IMG/VR virus record: IMGVR_UViG_3300043423_000073
Coordinates: 90,700 to 154,699 of that record
Origin: a virus
Lineage: Duplodnaviria > Caudoviricetes
Direction: 5' to 3' (one strand)
Length of the DNA: 64,000 bases
This document shows, in pieces, positions 17,539 through 26,722 of the stretch (within the stretch, counting starts at the first letter, position 1; every line of letters begins with the position of its first letter). The position numbers were made by a program, and so were the translations under genes. The notes under the pieces are model-generated. The model worked only from the letters and a program-made list of their open reading frames with translations, was not told where the DNA came from and ran no database searches.

Positions 17539-17909
17539 GAATCAAATACACGACAAGGCAGAACGCGCTCAATCCCGTTGCGCGTTCAGTTGCGCAAGCA
17601 AAGCTTGCCCAGTCTTTTCTTTTGCAAAAACTCAAACTCTACAGTTGGGAAGAGGGAGCAGCTTGTGCGGCACCTCTTCGTGAGGTTGCGAACACGCTGG
17701 CTGTCCTAGCCTTGGCTGCTCGCCTCGACCCGCTGCAAAAGAACAACCGGCATCTACCTGAGGTCGATTACGGTATCGAGCTCTGCTCAACCATTGCGTC
17801 CACAGGTATGTGGCGCCCTGACGCTGCGCCTGCCATTGAGGAGGCGCTCGATGCGGCACTCAATCTTTACAAGCGGGTCAATCCGCGCTTCATTGCCAAA
17901 GCGGCCTGA
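17535..17909 (+). CDS. Hypothetical protein
   Basis: ATGA-coupled. Confidence 0.65.
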   Translation: MRIKYTTRQNALNPVARSVAQAKLAQSFLLQKLKLYSWEEGAACAAPLREVANTLAVLALAARLDPLQKNNRHLPEVDYGIELCSTIASTGMWRPDAAPAIEEALDAALNLYKRVNPRFIAKAA

Positions 17910-17911
17910 CT

Positions 17912-18163
17912 ATGAAAGAGCGCTATCGCCTAGTCTCACTAAACGGTGAGGTCACGCTGCCTGCAATAAAGCAGTGCCTTCGTCAGGGCAAGATGTATCG
18001 CCACTATTGGCAAGCCCCGGTCAAGCGTTTCCTCGTGCGCTGCACGATTGATCGCCACGGTAAGCATTACCGAGTTGTAGCAGTAGGCGGACCTGACCCT
18101 ATGGGTTATGTGTGGCAGCCGGTCGCCCATTTTGATATGGTTTTTATCTCCAAGGAGAAGTAA
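17912..18163 (+). CDS. Hypothetical protein
   Basis: 83-aa ORF. Confidence 0.6.
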   Translation: MKERYRLVSLNGEVTLPAIKQCLRQGKMYRHYWQAPVKRFLVRCTIDRHGKHYRVVAVGGPDPMGYVWQPVAHFDMVFISKEK

Positions 18164-18520
18164 ATGCGAGTTGTTACTCATAGCAATCGTGATTTAGAAA
18201 ATGCAAGACTGTTCGTTGCGCGGCATTGTTGGGACGTTGAGCGCTTTCGTACTTACCGCGAATACAACACCATTGTCACGCCCACCGACACTGGCTTCGA
18301 GTACAGGATTAGCGAAAAACGACCATCAACCAGATGGTTGACCATCTACCTGCACTTTACCTGGGCGGAGTTATCTTGCGCGCGAAAACCAGAAAAGCAC
18401 GTCGCCTTTCGCGTGCGCGGTCTTTACCGTCGTTTCAAGCTCGCCCGGAGTAAACGCCAAGATGAACATCTTTATACTCGACCTAGATCCCAGACGCGCG
18501 GCAGCTTATCACTGCGATAA
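18164..18520 (+). CDS. Hypothetical protein
   Basis: AAGGAG RBS. Confidence 0.65.
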   Translation: MRVVTHSNRDLENARLFVARHCWDVERFRTYREYNTIVTPTDTGFEYRISEKRPSTRWLTIYLHFTWAELSCARKPEKHVAFRVRGLYRRFKLARSKRQDEHLYTRPRSQTRGSLSLR

Positions 18521-18965
18521 GCACTGCGTAAAGATGATTGTCGAGTCGGCTCAATTGTTGTGCATTGCGCACCATGCGCTAGGCTCTGCTACACCCAGCA
18601 TGTACAAGGCCACACACTCGAATCATCCGTCCGCAGTATGGGCACGAACGTCGATAGAAAACTACAGGTGGCTACACCAGCTCACCTTTTGGCTTTGCAA
18701 AGAGTACACTCACAGGTACAGCAAAATCCACAAGGTTGAATGGTCCGGTTTGTTGACCGAGCTAGAGAAAGCCCCACCTGTGATGAAGAAAGAACTTACG
18801 CCTTTTGCTCAGGCAATGCCGATTGAGTATAGAGGCGAAGACGCCGTTGAGGCATACCGCCTCTTGTACGCGGCAGAGAAACTGCGTTTCAGTAAATGGA
18901 CTAACCGTCCTATGCCTGCATGGTTGCAAAGTTTTGGTTTCAAGGAGTTTGTATGGAATTCTTAG
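18462..18965 (+). CDS. Pyrimidine-dimer DNA glycosylase / DenV-superfamily protein
   Basis: MNIFxLDxDP…HCDKHxVKMIVESAQLL…THxNHPSAVWAR…PFAQAMP…YR signature. Confidence 0.85.
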   Translation: MNIFILDLDPRRAAAYHCDKHCVKMIVESAQLLCIAHHALGSATPSMYKATHSNHPSAVWARTSIENYRWLHQLTFWLCKEYTHRYSKIHKVEWSGLLTELEKAPPVMKKELTPFAQAMPIEYRGEDAVEAYRLLYAAEKLRFSKWTNRPMPAWLQSFGFKEFVWNS

Positions 18966-19288
18966 CCCCACGGTATTCGCCGTATATTGCTCGAATGAAG
19001 CAGTTGGTGCTCGCACTGGACGCCTCAAAGAAGTTTCTCATCATTCAAGTTGAGAACGCCGATGATGTTCGCCGCGTGGAAGCCTTCTGTCGCTATCACG
19101 GCATCAACGCCTTTGTAAAGTCCTGGGAATATCGATACCGCCCTAGCACTAGAGACGTGGCTATGCTCATACCGCCTTCCCGCAGAGTTGAGCTGTACCC
19201 AGAAGCCTACGTGCGCCTGTTTCATCCCAGCACCGACGTCTTTATGTGCTGTGACACCCATACCACACCAATAAGGAGCCACCAATGA
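18953..19288 (+). CDS. Hypothetical protein
   Basis: AAGGAG RBS. Confidence 0.65.
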   Translation: MEFLAPRYSPYIARMKQLVLALDASKKFLIIQVENADDVRRVEAFCRYHGINAFVKSWEYRYRPSTRDVAMLIPPSRRVELYPEAYVRLFHPSTDVFMCCDTHTTPIRSHQ

Positions 19289-19527
19289 CCGCCTTAAATG
19301 CCGACGAGGCCGCAATGTTTTTGCTCATTGTCCTTTGCCTCATCTCCTCACTGACACTTGTGGGCATTCTTTTCTGGTACTTGTCTAGCAGACGGTTAGC
19401 CGTGCTTGCAACCATTATTGGCGGCTATCTGCTGGCCACGTCCTGCCTGTTCTACCTTAGCGCTCACGCACAGTGGCCTAAGCTTGATCCCTCACATCAC
19501 ATTGTGCTCACGACCCCACTGGGTTAA
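19285..19527 (+). CDS. Small membrane protein (2 TM)
   Basis: Two hydrophobic stretches; AAGGAG RBS. Confidence 0.7.
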   Translation: MTALNADEAAMFLLIVLCLISSLTLVGILFWYLSSRRLAVLATIIGGYLLATSCLFYLSAHAQWPKLDPSHHIVLTTPLG

Positions 19528-19598
19528 ATATTCATGGCGGCTAGTCGCCATTTCTTGTAGGAGTCCACCTAGCCTCTGCTCCTGTTGAAAGGTTCTTC

Positions 19599-20300
19599 AT
19601 GTCCAAAGCCAAACGCTCTTCCAAAACCTCGTCCGCCTCCGTCAAGCCTGACTCTGTCCCTTCGTCTGCCGTGGTAAGTGGCGACAGCCCCACGCCCGTC
19701 AGCAAAACCAAACGCCCTGCTAAGGCTGCAACTTCAACCAAAACCGCAACCAAGAACGAAAGTGAAACCACGGCGCAGGCTCCATCGAATGAACTTTTGC
19801 CCAAAGTGTGGTCTGTCCTCTTTGAGGAACTTCCCTTACTCACGCGTTTCCGCGTCTCGGGAGGCTTCTACATAAAGACTGGGCGTAAAAGCGCGGTCAA
19901 CACAGAAACATTATACAAGATTAAGGACATGGCGTTAGACAACATTGTCTTTGCCTTTAGCGCAGGTCGGGCGCCTACACTGCCAGTAACGGCAACAAAA
20001 GGCTCCTTTGAGGACCTTCCTTTGCTAGCCGAGTTCACTGCCTTCGGGAACCCGTTCTTCTATGTCAAGACGGGGCGGCGCAGCGCAGTCTCCACAATGA
20101 CGCTCGTCAAGGAGAAAAAGTTTTATCCGACGCTGAATGTTTCCTCCGCGTTTTTTGCTACTCCTGCCGAGCTCGAACCTGTCCCTCCGACAGTTCAGGG
20201 TAAAGCAGGACACCCTTCCGAAAAGCCGCCTGCGTGGTTAGGTGCAGACAAACCGGCAGCACAGCGGCAATGGGTTGGGCTGACGCGTGGCGCCGACTGA
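19599..20300 (+). CDS. Hypothetical protein with internal duplicated domain (FEELPLL…YIKTGRKSAV / FEDLPLL…YVKTGRRSAV)
   Basis: Internal repeat seen in translation. Confidence 0.75.
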   Translation: MSKAKRSSKTSSASVKPDSVPSSAVVSGDSPTPVSKTKRPAKAATSTKTATKNESETTAQAPSNELLPKVWSVLFEELPLLTRFRVSGGFYIKTGRKSAVNTETLYKIKDMALDNIVFAFSAGRAPTLPVTATKGSFEDLPLLAEFTAFGNPFFYVKTGRRSAVSTMTLVKEKKFYPTLNVSSAFFATPAELEPVPPTVQGKAGHPSEKPPAWLGADKPAAQRQWVGLTRGAD

Positions 20301-20562
20301 TTATGACATCAAGTTGGCGCGCTTAAATCCTTGGGGGCTGAGTGCCTATCATTGCCTAACCTTGCGACTCTACTGTAAATACGGTTGTACCAAGCGCATT
20401 GTGAGCACCACCCCTGAGACTAATAGGCGCACGCTCGAACATCACCTCCACACTGCACGCAAGGTTATGGGCCTCTTTGGCAAAGACATACGGCTCTACC
20501 TTTACTGGCATGAATGGGAAACTAAGCAGGAGAACGAAAATGACGATACGAAAAACGAGTGA
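20287..20562 (+). CDS. Hypothetical protein, possible LuxR-like HTH remnant
   Basis: RTLEHHLHTARKVMG resembles the LuxR recognition helix. Confidence 0.45.
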   Translation: MAPTDYDIKLARLNPWGLSAYHCLTLRLYCKYGCTKRIVSTTPETNRRTLEHHLHTARKVMGLFGKDIRLYLYWHEWETKQENENDDTKNE

Positions 20563-20667
20563 CGGTGCGGCAGTTGTTGACACGTGCCTCTCTTGGCTGC
20601 CTGTTGACGCCTACACTCCACCAGACGGCAATCGTGCTGCCTGCATAATCATTGTGAAGGTTACTGT

Positions 20668-21012
20668 ATGAAAACATCTGAACTGACAGGAGCCGCGCTT
20701 GACTGGGCAGTGGCGAAGTGTGTGGCTTCCACACAGCCCTCAGGGTGTTGGGCTGATACGGTTGCCCAGGTTAATTACTCCCCATCAACCGATTGGGCAC
20801 AAGGCGGGCCGATTATTGAGCGGGAAATGCGCGAGTTTGGTTTCGACCTTTGGTCAGGGGCGCATGTACCTGCTGGACAGTTCGCCGCAACATATTGCCG
20901 AGGAGCGCCTGACTCTTATATGTACGGCCCCACCCCACTGATCGCCGCCATGCGGTGCTACGTTGAGGCAAAGCTCGGCGATGAAGTCGAGATACCTAAG
21001 GAGCTGACATGA
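20668..21012 (+). CDS. Conserved phage protein (ELTGAALDWAVA…SPSTDWAQGGPIIE…GPTPLIAAMRCYV family)
   Basis: Recognisable widespread phage family motif. Confidence 0.8.
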   Translation: MKTSELTGAALDWAVAKCVASTQPSGCWADTVAQVNYSPSTDWAQGGPIIEREMREFGFDLWSGAHVPAGQFAATYCRGAPDSYMYGPTPLIAAMRCYVEAKLGDEVEIPKELT

Positions 21013-21075
21013 TCAAATTCCGGATAGCCTTAGGCCCCCACTGCCTGCTTTTATCGACACATCCGAGATTGACCA

Positions 21076-21267
21076 ATGACTAAGAAAATAATCATCGCCT
21101 TAGCTCTGGCCTTCGTCATAGGCTTCACCCTTTTGTCGGCCGTAGGTACTGTTCTAAATGACATGCGCCTCAAAGCCGAAACCAAGGGCTTCCAAGCTGG
21201 TGTGGTGACAACCCTACGGCTAGTCAACCAAGAGCGGCAAGAGAACTGCAACCAACCTAACTTTTGA
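21076..21267 (+). CDS. Small membrane-anchored protein
   Basis: N-terminal hydrophobic helix. Confidence 0.65.
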   Translation: MTKKIIIALALAFVIGFTLLSAVGTVLNDMRLKAETKGFQAGVVTTLRLVNQERQENCNQPNF

Positions 21268-21269
21268 GT

Positions 21270-21368
21270 ATGAAGGCCACTTTTCACATTCTTCTGTCCT
21301 TGGTACTCTTGGCCATCTTTGTCTTTCTTGCCATATACGGAGCGCCGTTCTATGCACCACACACTTGA
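21270..21368 (+). CDS. 32-aa single-TM peptide (not in ORF track)
   Basis: MKATFHILLSLVLLAIFVFLAIYGAPFYAPHT; starts 2 nt after upstream stop. Confidence 0.45.
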   Translation: MKATFHILLSLVLLAIFVFLAIYGAPFYAPHT

Positions 21369-21714
21369 GATTTTGCTCTTCTCCTTTGGCCTGGCCTATC
21401 TCCTGGCGGACTTTATAGTCCCTACCCTGAGCGCACAAGCGCAAACACCTAGCCACCGACGCGTTCGCCGTTACCTAGTTCTTCCTGGCTACGTAAGGTC
21501 AAGGCAGGACGAGGATTGGCACTACGTCAGCGGATCTGAGCTGATACGTCTCTACCGGGTTAACCCTGCCAATTGTGTATTGGCCACTGCCGACGAGGCT
21601 GACTTTCGTCATCGTCTAATGGTCGCGGCGAACGAGGGCAAGTATATTGTTCTCGAACCCCGAGCAGACGGCGACTACCCATCCTTTGTTTCAACTCCCA
21701 AGGAAATCCAATGA
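21352..21714 (+). CDS. Hypothetical protein (YLVLPGYVRS…D…HYV…LIRLYRV family)
   Basis: GGAG RBS. Confidence 0.65.
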   Translation: MHHTLEILLFSFGLAYLLADFIVPTLSAQAQTPSHRRVRRYLVLPGYVRSRQDEDWHYVSGSELIRLYRVNPANCVLATADEADFRHRLMVAANEGKYIVLEPRADGDYPSFVSTPKEIQ

Positions 21715-22100
21715 GCTACGACCTAAGGCGCGACGTTGACACCGCGCTCTTCAATGTGCAGATGGTCATCGAGGCTTCTGCTTCCCGCCATCTGCGAGAA
21801 ATGGCTAAAAGGTTCTTGACCGTTTACGTGCGCATACCCGAGCACATTCTTCACGACTCAAACTTTTGTTTGATGCAGGCCGGTGGTAAGGTGGAGTACA
21901 GGTTTGTTAACGGCAAGTTTCGCTCCTCACTCCTAGAGCTGAACCTTAGGCAGCAACTGTACTTTTTAGACATCTCGTCTCCGTGGTGGGGAGCAAAACG
22001 CTTTGCCCTCGATCCTACAACCACAAGTTATTTAGACTTGTCCCAACGTGACGCATGGGCCCTTAATGCCTTGCGCGTAAAGCGGCTAAAGGTCGACTAG
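21711..22100 (+). CDS. Hypothetical protein sharing its N-terminal module with 17182-17538
   Basis: YDLRRDVDTALFNVQMVIEA. Confidence 0.7.
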   Translation: MSYDLRRDVDTALFNVQMVIEASASRHLREMAKRFLTVYVRIPEHILHDSNFCLMQAGGKVEYRFVNGKFRSSLLELNLRQQLYFLDISSPWWGAKRFALDPTTTSYLDLSQRDAWALNALRVKRLKVD

Positions 22101-22119
22101 GCCTAGGCCACCTACATTG

Positions 22120-22154
22120 ACAATTCACAATTCACAATTCACAACTGACAATCC
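22120..22154. repeat. Intergenic 7-bp tandem repeat (ACAATTC x3 plus 2 degenerate copies)
   Basis: Read directly; overlaps TTGACA at 22117-22122. Confidence 0.85.
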
Positions 22155-22169
22155 ATAAGGACACAAAAA

Positions 22170-22571
22170 ATGTTAGTAGACCACCCACCGGTTCTCGAAC
22201 CTACTTTTATTCTTCGTCTTATTGGTCAAGGAAAAGAGGAAAAACGCATCACTACCGGCGTCTATCAAATTTCGCACTTTGGTAGCAGCAACTGGCCCTT
22301 TGGTGTCGCCGAAGACTCCGCCTACACTTATGGTGTATGCGACAACTATGAGCAGGTTATCGCACGCTACCCTCACGTCAACGACACCGACAAAAAGTTT
22401 GTTATCACGCTCACACCGATTGTCAAGGCAGAGCAAGACTCTAGCGGAGGCTGGCGTTGGCACGAATGGGGACCGTACATTGGTACATTGAGTCCGCAGC
22501 ACGAATACATTTTCGACGAAGACGCCACCATTCAGCAAGTGTACGTTTACCACATATACGAGATTGCCTAA
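22170..22571 (+). CDS. Conserved phage protein (YGVCDNYEQ…GGWRWHxWGPYIG family)
   Basis: Motif recognition; TAAGGA RBS. Confidence 0.75.
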   Translation: MLVDHPPVLEPTFILRLIGQGKEEKRITTGVYQISHFGSSNWPFGVAEDSAYTYGVCDNYEQVIARYPHVNDTDKKFVITLTPIVKAEQDSSGGWRWHEWGPYIGTLSPQHEYIFDEDATIQQVYVYHIYEIA

Positions 22572-22598
22572 ACTCGCAGAGACGGCAATTCAAAAAAC

Positions 22599-22675
22599 GG
22601 GCCAGTAGCTCAGTAGGTTAGAGCAAGCGACTCATAATCGCCTGGTCACAGGTTCAAATCCTGTCTGGCCCACCA
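22599..22675 (+). tRNA. tRNA with CAT anticodon, most likely tRNA-Ile2 (lysidine-modified, reads AUA)
   Basis: Acceptor stem GGGCCAG/CTGGCCC, D-arm TAGCTCAG…GGTTAGAGC, anticodon arm GCGA-CTCATAA-TCGC, T-loop GGTTCAAATCC, encoded CCA; C4-G69/C5-G68 pairs as in TilS substrates. Confidence 0.93.
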
Positions 22676-22707
22676 AAAACCAAAACCAAAACCAAACCCT
22701 GCTCGAA

Positions 22708-22935
22708 ATGTCAAAACCTAAAGTTCTTCTTATGCAGCGTACTCAGTAGCAGGACGCGCTGTCAGCGTCTGATGCCCTTTGCGGCATCAGCTCAATACAC
22801 GGTTTTGTCTTCGGTTACGTTGACAGATCATCTACCGTGACTTTCCACGATGTACCGCTAGGTGATCTTCGGCCGGGTCAGCGTTTAGTAACCGGCATGA
22901 CTGACTTGCCACAGGCACAACTTCTTCCAGCTTAA
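22708..22935 (+). pseudogene. 75-codon ORF interrupted by one in-frame TAG (22747-22749)
   Basis: MSKPKVLLMQRTQ*QDALS…QLLPA*; fills the gap between the tRNA and the next gene. Confidence 0.5.
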
Positions 22936-22943
22936 GGAACAAA

Positions 22944-23795
22944 ATGAAAACCACACTCGAAAACTCGGCGCTCGACGCCGAAGGTGAAAACAAGGCGGTG
23001 CGATCTTTTCTCATGCTTTACGGGCAGCCTGGCCTTACCGTTGGCCAGATGAAAAATCATCTTTCTACGTGCGGCTTCACGTCGTGGCCAGGGTGGGTTG
23101 AGAATGGGCCTGCCGGGGCGCACCTGACCAAAGCGGGGGCGCAGCTTTGGCTTCGTCACCTGTTTTCTCTGGAGGCCGCACCTGTTACACCTCCTGCTGT
23201 GCAACCGACTCCCATACCCGAAGGCTGGGTGCTAATGCCTTTGGAGTTAACTGAGGAAGAGGCCCTGTTGGCCCAAGGCGAACTGGTAGACATGAGCTGG
23301 TGCGCCGTTACCTGCTTTGTCGCGCGGTACAAAGCTGCTATTAGGCGAACTCGGCCTCGACGTGAGGCACTTGGAAGCTTTTCCAAAGTTGAGCAGCGGG
23401 AGCCTCAACCTCTTACTGCCGAACAGTGTGACCTGCTCATCGACGGCCACGGTGAAGAAGGTGATGAAGATTACCTAGCCCCAATTGGGGACGGAGGTAT
23501 AACGCAAGAAGACCTCGTGCTGCTGATACGTCGAGTTGAAGCTGTTCATCTAGGCAAGCGGCACGTACAAGGTTCCGATACTTTGCAATCTTCGACGGTA
23601 CCCGCGCAGCGGTACACAGTTAAGCGCAACGAGTGTAACTGCCATCCTGAGACATGCAACTGCATGGATTGGGCGATCTACGAAGGCGAAACAAAGCAAA
23701 CCACGTTCTTTGCTGAGAGCCGGGCAAGAGCAATTGCCGATGCAATGAATAAAATCCTTCACGAGGAGAACGAAGCATGCCGCCAAACACAATGA
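22944..23795 (+). CDS. Mosaic hypothetical protein
   Basis: IPEGWVLMP module and CNCHPETCNC motif. Confidence 0.75.
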   Translation: MKTTLENSALDAEGENKAVRSFLMLYGQPGLTVGQMKNHLSTCGFTSWPGWVENGPAGAHLTKAGAQLWLRHLFSLEAAPVTPPAVQPTPIPEGWVLMPLELTEEEALLAQGELVDMSWCAVTCFVARYKAAIRRTRPRREALGSFSKVEQREPQPLTAEQCDLLIDGHGEEGDEDYLAPIGDGGITQEDLVLLIRRVEAVHLGKRHVQGSDTLQSSTVPAQRYTVKRNECNCHPETCNCMDWAIYEGETKQTTFFAESRARAIADAMNKILHEENEACRQTQ

Positions 23796-24442
23796 AATTT
23801 GTACAGCCGGCTCCTGCACAGGAGCCTGTGGCGTGGTTTGACTCAGCCGGGGATATCCGAGGGCGCGTTAGCGACGAGCAGCTAGACGCCTTGTGCAGAA
23901 CAGCCATCAGTAGTCTTAGCAAGCGCAATGGTTGGTGTGACGCTACTCCATCCCTTTCTGACTATCAGCGTTTGCAAGCACTTGTTACAAGTCAAGGAAT
24001 CCGCTTGATGGATTATGAGTCCGGCACCCCACCCGCCGCACCTGCACAGGCGCTGGCTGCACAGGAGCCGGCGGTGATCAACGAGGCCGCCATCCAAAAA
24101 TGGCAAGGCGACAACGATATTGTGATGAGCATAAAGGCTTACAAACAGCTTGTAAATATGGTCTCGTGCCAACCCTCACCCCCGCCAGCACCTGCCTCCT
24201 GCACAACCTACGCCGAACGCTTCGCACACGCCGTAGCCATCCTGTGCGGGGCCCAGCCTCCTGCTGATATGGTTACCGAGTGGATCAATAACATTGAGGT
24301 CAACGGCGAGCACCGACTGCAAAGTTGGGTTTTAGGCCAGTCAGCAACACCAGCGTGGGCGCAAGGCATCGTGGTGCTCGACGCTGCCCACGTTTTGGCG
24401 AACGATCCTGCCGAAGGCGCGGATCATGATTCTCAGGCGTGA
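23777..24442 (+). CDS. Mosaic hypothetical protein (AQEPVAW modules)
   Basis: GAGGAG RBS. Confidence 0.7.
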   Translation: MPPNTMKFVQPAPAQEPVAWFDSAGDIRGRVSDEQLDALCRTAISSLSKRNGWCDATPSLSDYQRLQALVTSQGIRLMDYESGTPPAAPAQALAAQEPAVINEAAIQKWQGDNDIVMSIKAYKQLVNMVSCQPSPPPAPASCTTYAERFAHAVAILCGAQPPADMVTEWINNIEVNGEHRLQSWVLGQSATPAWAQGIVVLDAAHVLANDPAEGADHDSQA

Positions 24443-24485
24443 CCGACAAACAACCGGAGGCATTGAAACTGGCACTGGAGGCATT

Positions 24486-24752
24486 ATGAGAAAAGCATTT
24501 TCACTTTTTGATCTTTGTATTGCTGTCGGCATTACTGGGGCTGTTTTATCTGCGCTTGGACTGGCGGGCATAGCGAGCGTGCGAGACTCTGCTCGCGAAC
24601 AGGGCTACCAGCAAGGCAAGATTGATGGCTTCTTTGAAGCTCAATCGACTGATCTTGTTGCCGACAGGTGCATAGCGTTTTGGTTTGGCAGCGAGCGCGA
24701 GGGCGCGAAAACGATGCAGCGTTACTGCAAGATTCAAGGAGAGACGAAATGA
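24486..24752 (+). CDS. Membrane-anchored hypothetical protein
   Basis: GGAGG RBS; N-terminal TM. Confidence 0.65.
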   Translation: MRKAFSLFDLCIAVGITGAVLSALGLAGIASVRDSAREQGYQQGKIDGFFEAQSTDLVADRCIAFWFGSEREGAKTMQRYCKIQGETK

Positions 24753-25099
24753 ACGACACCCCAGAAGCAAAGCCAAAAAACTTCACCGGCACTTGGAACG
24801 CTGGGCAGCGGCCCGCTCCTGTGCAGGAGCCTGTGAAACTTGACGTTCTGGCGGCGTTTGATGCTTACGCTAGACAACTTACCTACAAGAACCACAAAGC
24901 GGAGCCAAAACATTTCCCTAATAGCTATCCATGGTTTGAGGCAGGCTACAAAGCTGCATCAAACACCCCACCCGCAGCACAGCGGCAATGGGTTGGGCTG
25001 ACGGATGAGGATCGCACGGAAATTAGGCGAGAACATTACGCACGAACACTTCCACTTATGGATGCCGTCGAAGCCAAACTCAAGGAGAAGAACACATGA
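24749..25099 (+). CDS. Mosaic hypothetical protein (PVQEPV…PPAAQRQWVGLTDE…EAKLKEKN family)
   Basis: Motif recognition, ATGA coupling. Confidence 0.75.
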   Translation: MNDTPEAKPKNFTGTWNAGQRPAPVQEPVKLDVLAAFDAYARQLTYKNHKAEPKHFPNSYPWFEAGYKAASNTPPAAQRQWVGLTDEDRTEIRREHYARTLPLMDAVEAKLKEKNT

Positions 25100-25869
25100 C
25101 CCCCGACATTGCAGACATCCTCGCTGGCGAACTCAAGGTCAGCCGTGGCACGGCCTACGACATGATGCGTGAGGCTTTGAAAGAGGCGTCGCCTGTGCAG
25201 GAGCCCGCTGGTCGGGTCGTTTCCTCAAGCTGTAGCGGCTACGCGGTAATCAAATGGTCAAAACAAACCAGCCCCAAAGGCGGGGGCGCTCCAAGAAATG
25301 CGTGGTCTTGGCCCATTAGGGGGGATGCTGTGTATCTCACGCCCACACCACAACCAGCTCCTGCACAGGAGTCTGTAGCGTGGCGATTTACTGGCATTGC
25401 CGGGTTTAAGCGTTTTGTGACAGATGCTCAACACAAAGCCTTTTCGCCCGAAGCGCAGGCTTTTTATGAGCCGTTTAAGTGTGCAAGCTGCATCACAACA
25501 GCTAGGCGTCTCAATCGTCCCCAGCTGACGCCGCAAAAGCGTGAAGACGGCATGCCTGCTTCTAGTGAAGAGCGCTATCTTCGCCGTCTGCTGGCAGCAC
25601 GCGCGGGCATGCCTCACACCTACTTTGATGACGGCGAGGCGCAAGGCCAACAGCTTGGCGTCTCAATTGACTTCATGCGAGAGACTGCCGCCAGCATTGA
25701 CGCAAAGCTTCAAGCCCTGAACCATGCAAAATTGGTAGAGGCCAAGGCATCGACCTCAACTACTTCAGTTTCTGGGTACGACGGTGGGCCCGAACATGAA
25801 GACGGCCCAGACGAAGAAGGATTTAGCGGCCCTCGGCCTCGGAATAGTTTTACGAAGGAACAACCATGA
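25096..25869 (+). CDS. Mosaic hypothetical protein
   Basis: AAGGAG RBS; QEP modules. Confidence 0.75.
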   Translation: MTPDIADILAGELKVSRGTAYDMMREALKEASPVQEPAGRVVSSSCSGYAVIKWSKQTSPKGGGAPRNAWSWPIRGDAVYLTPTPQPAPAQESVAWRFTGIAGFKRFVTDAQHKAFSPEAQAFYEPFKCASCITTARRLNRPQLTPQKREDGMPASSEERYLRRLLAARAGMPHTYFDDGEAQGQQLGVSIDFMRETAASIDAKLQALNHAKLVEAKASTSTTSVSGYDGGPEHEDGPDEEGFSGPRPRNSFTKEQP

Positions 25870-26240
25870 AGCACACACCCGGCCCACTTTCTGTCACAGT
25901 CAATGATGAGTGGCCCTTTGCGATAGTAACAAGAAACGCAGCTGGCGAAATTGTCTTTTCGCGAACTATGCCCTGTTACTCAACAGACCAACGAAACGCA
26001 CGGCAAGCGCTTGCCGGCATCTTTATGGATAGCAAAGACGAGGCTGTTGCTCATAACGGTCGAGCTTTGGCTGACGAAGTGCTCCGAGCAGCCGCGCCCA
26101 TGTTGCTTCTTGCCGCGCAAGACGCGGTGCAGCGTCTTCGATCGCACCTGATGTTGCTTAATTGCGACGATGAGTTTATTGACCGCGAGACACTCGTGTT
26201 GCGGACGGCAATCGCCAATGCTTTAGGAGAGCAAAAATGA
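25866..26240 (+). CDS. Hypothetical protein (MKHTPGP…AAAPxLL family)
   Basis: Motif recognition. Confidence 0.75.
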   Translation: MKHTPGPLSVTVNDEWPFAIVTRNAAGEIVFSRTMPCYSTDQRNARQALAGIFMDSKDEAVAHNGRALADEVLRAAAPMLLLAAQDAVQRLRSHLMLLNCDDEFIDRETLVLRTAIANALGEQK

Positions 26241-26686
26241 AGCACACACCTGGGCCTGTCCACGTATGCCCGCACGATATGTTTTTACGTGGCCAGCAAC
26301 GGAATAGCGGCGAACCCTTCGGGGAATTCGTTGCAGATGTGACAGGCTCGTCAGCCGCTGACGCCCGCCGCCTGGCCGCGTGCTGGAACGCCTGCCAAGG
26401 GCTGAGCACAGAGGCGCTGGAGGCCGCACAACCGCCAGCTCAATCCTTCACGCCCTCCACACCTTCCCTGCCTAACCACATTTATGCAGGTGTGCACGTT
26501 TGGTGTGGCGGTTACCGTTACACCCGCTCGGTAGGTGAGGCCGAAATGCGACCTGCGCCAATACTGGCTCTGCAGAACGCGGCGGACCGCGCCGTAAGAG
26601 AGTTAACTCTCCTTGTTAACACTAGCAAGAAAGCGAAACCCCCCGTTGCTGACGACTGGTTTAACGAGCTTCGCCCCGAAAACTAA
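26237..26686 (+). CDS. Hypothetical protein (MKHTPGP…ARRLAACWNACQG family)
   Basis: Motif recognition. Confidence 0.75.
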   Translation: MKHTPGPVHVCPHDMFLRGQQRNSGEPFGEFVADVTGSSAADARRLAACWNACQGLSTEALEAAQPPAQSFTPSTPSLPNHIYAGVHVWCGGYRYTRSVGEAEMRPAPILALQNAADRAVRELTLLVNTSKKAKPPVADDWFNELRPEN

Positions 26687-26722
26687 AGACAGCTTCAAAC
26701 CAAAGACTAACGAAGGAAGATA

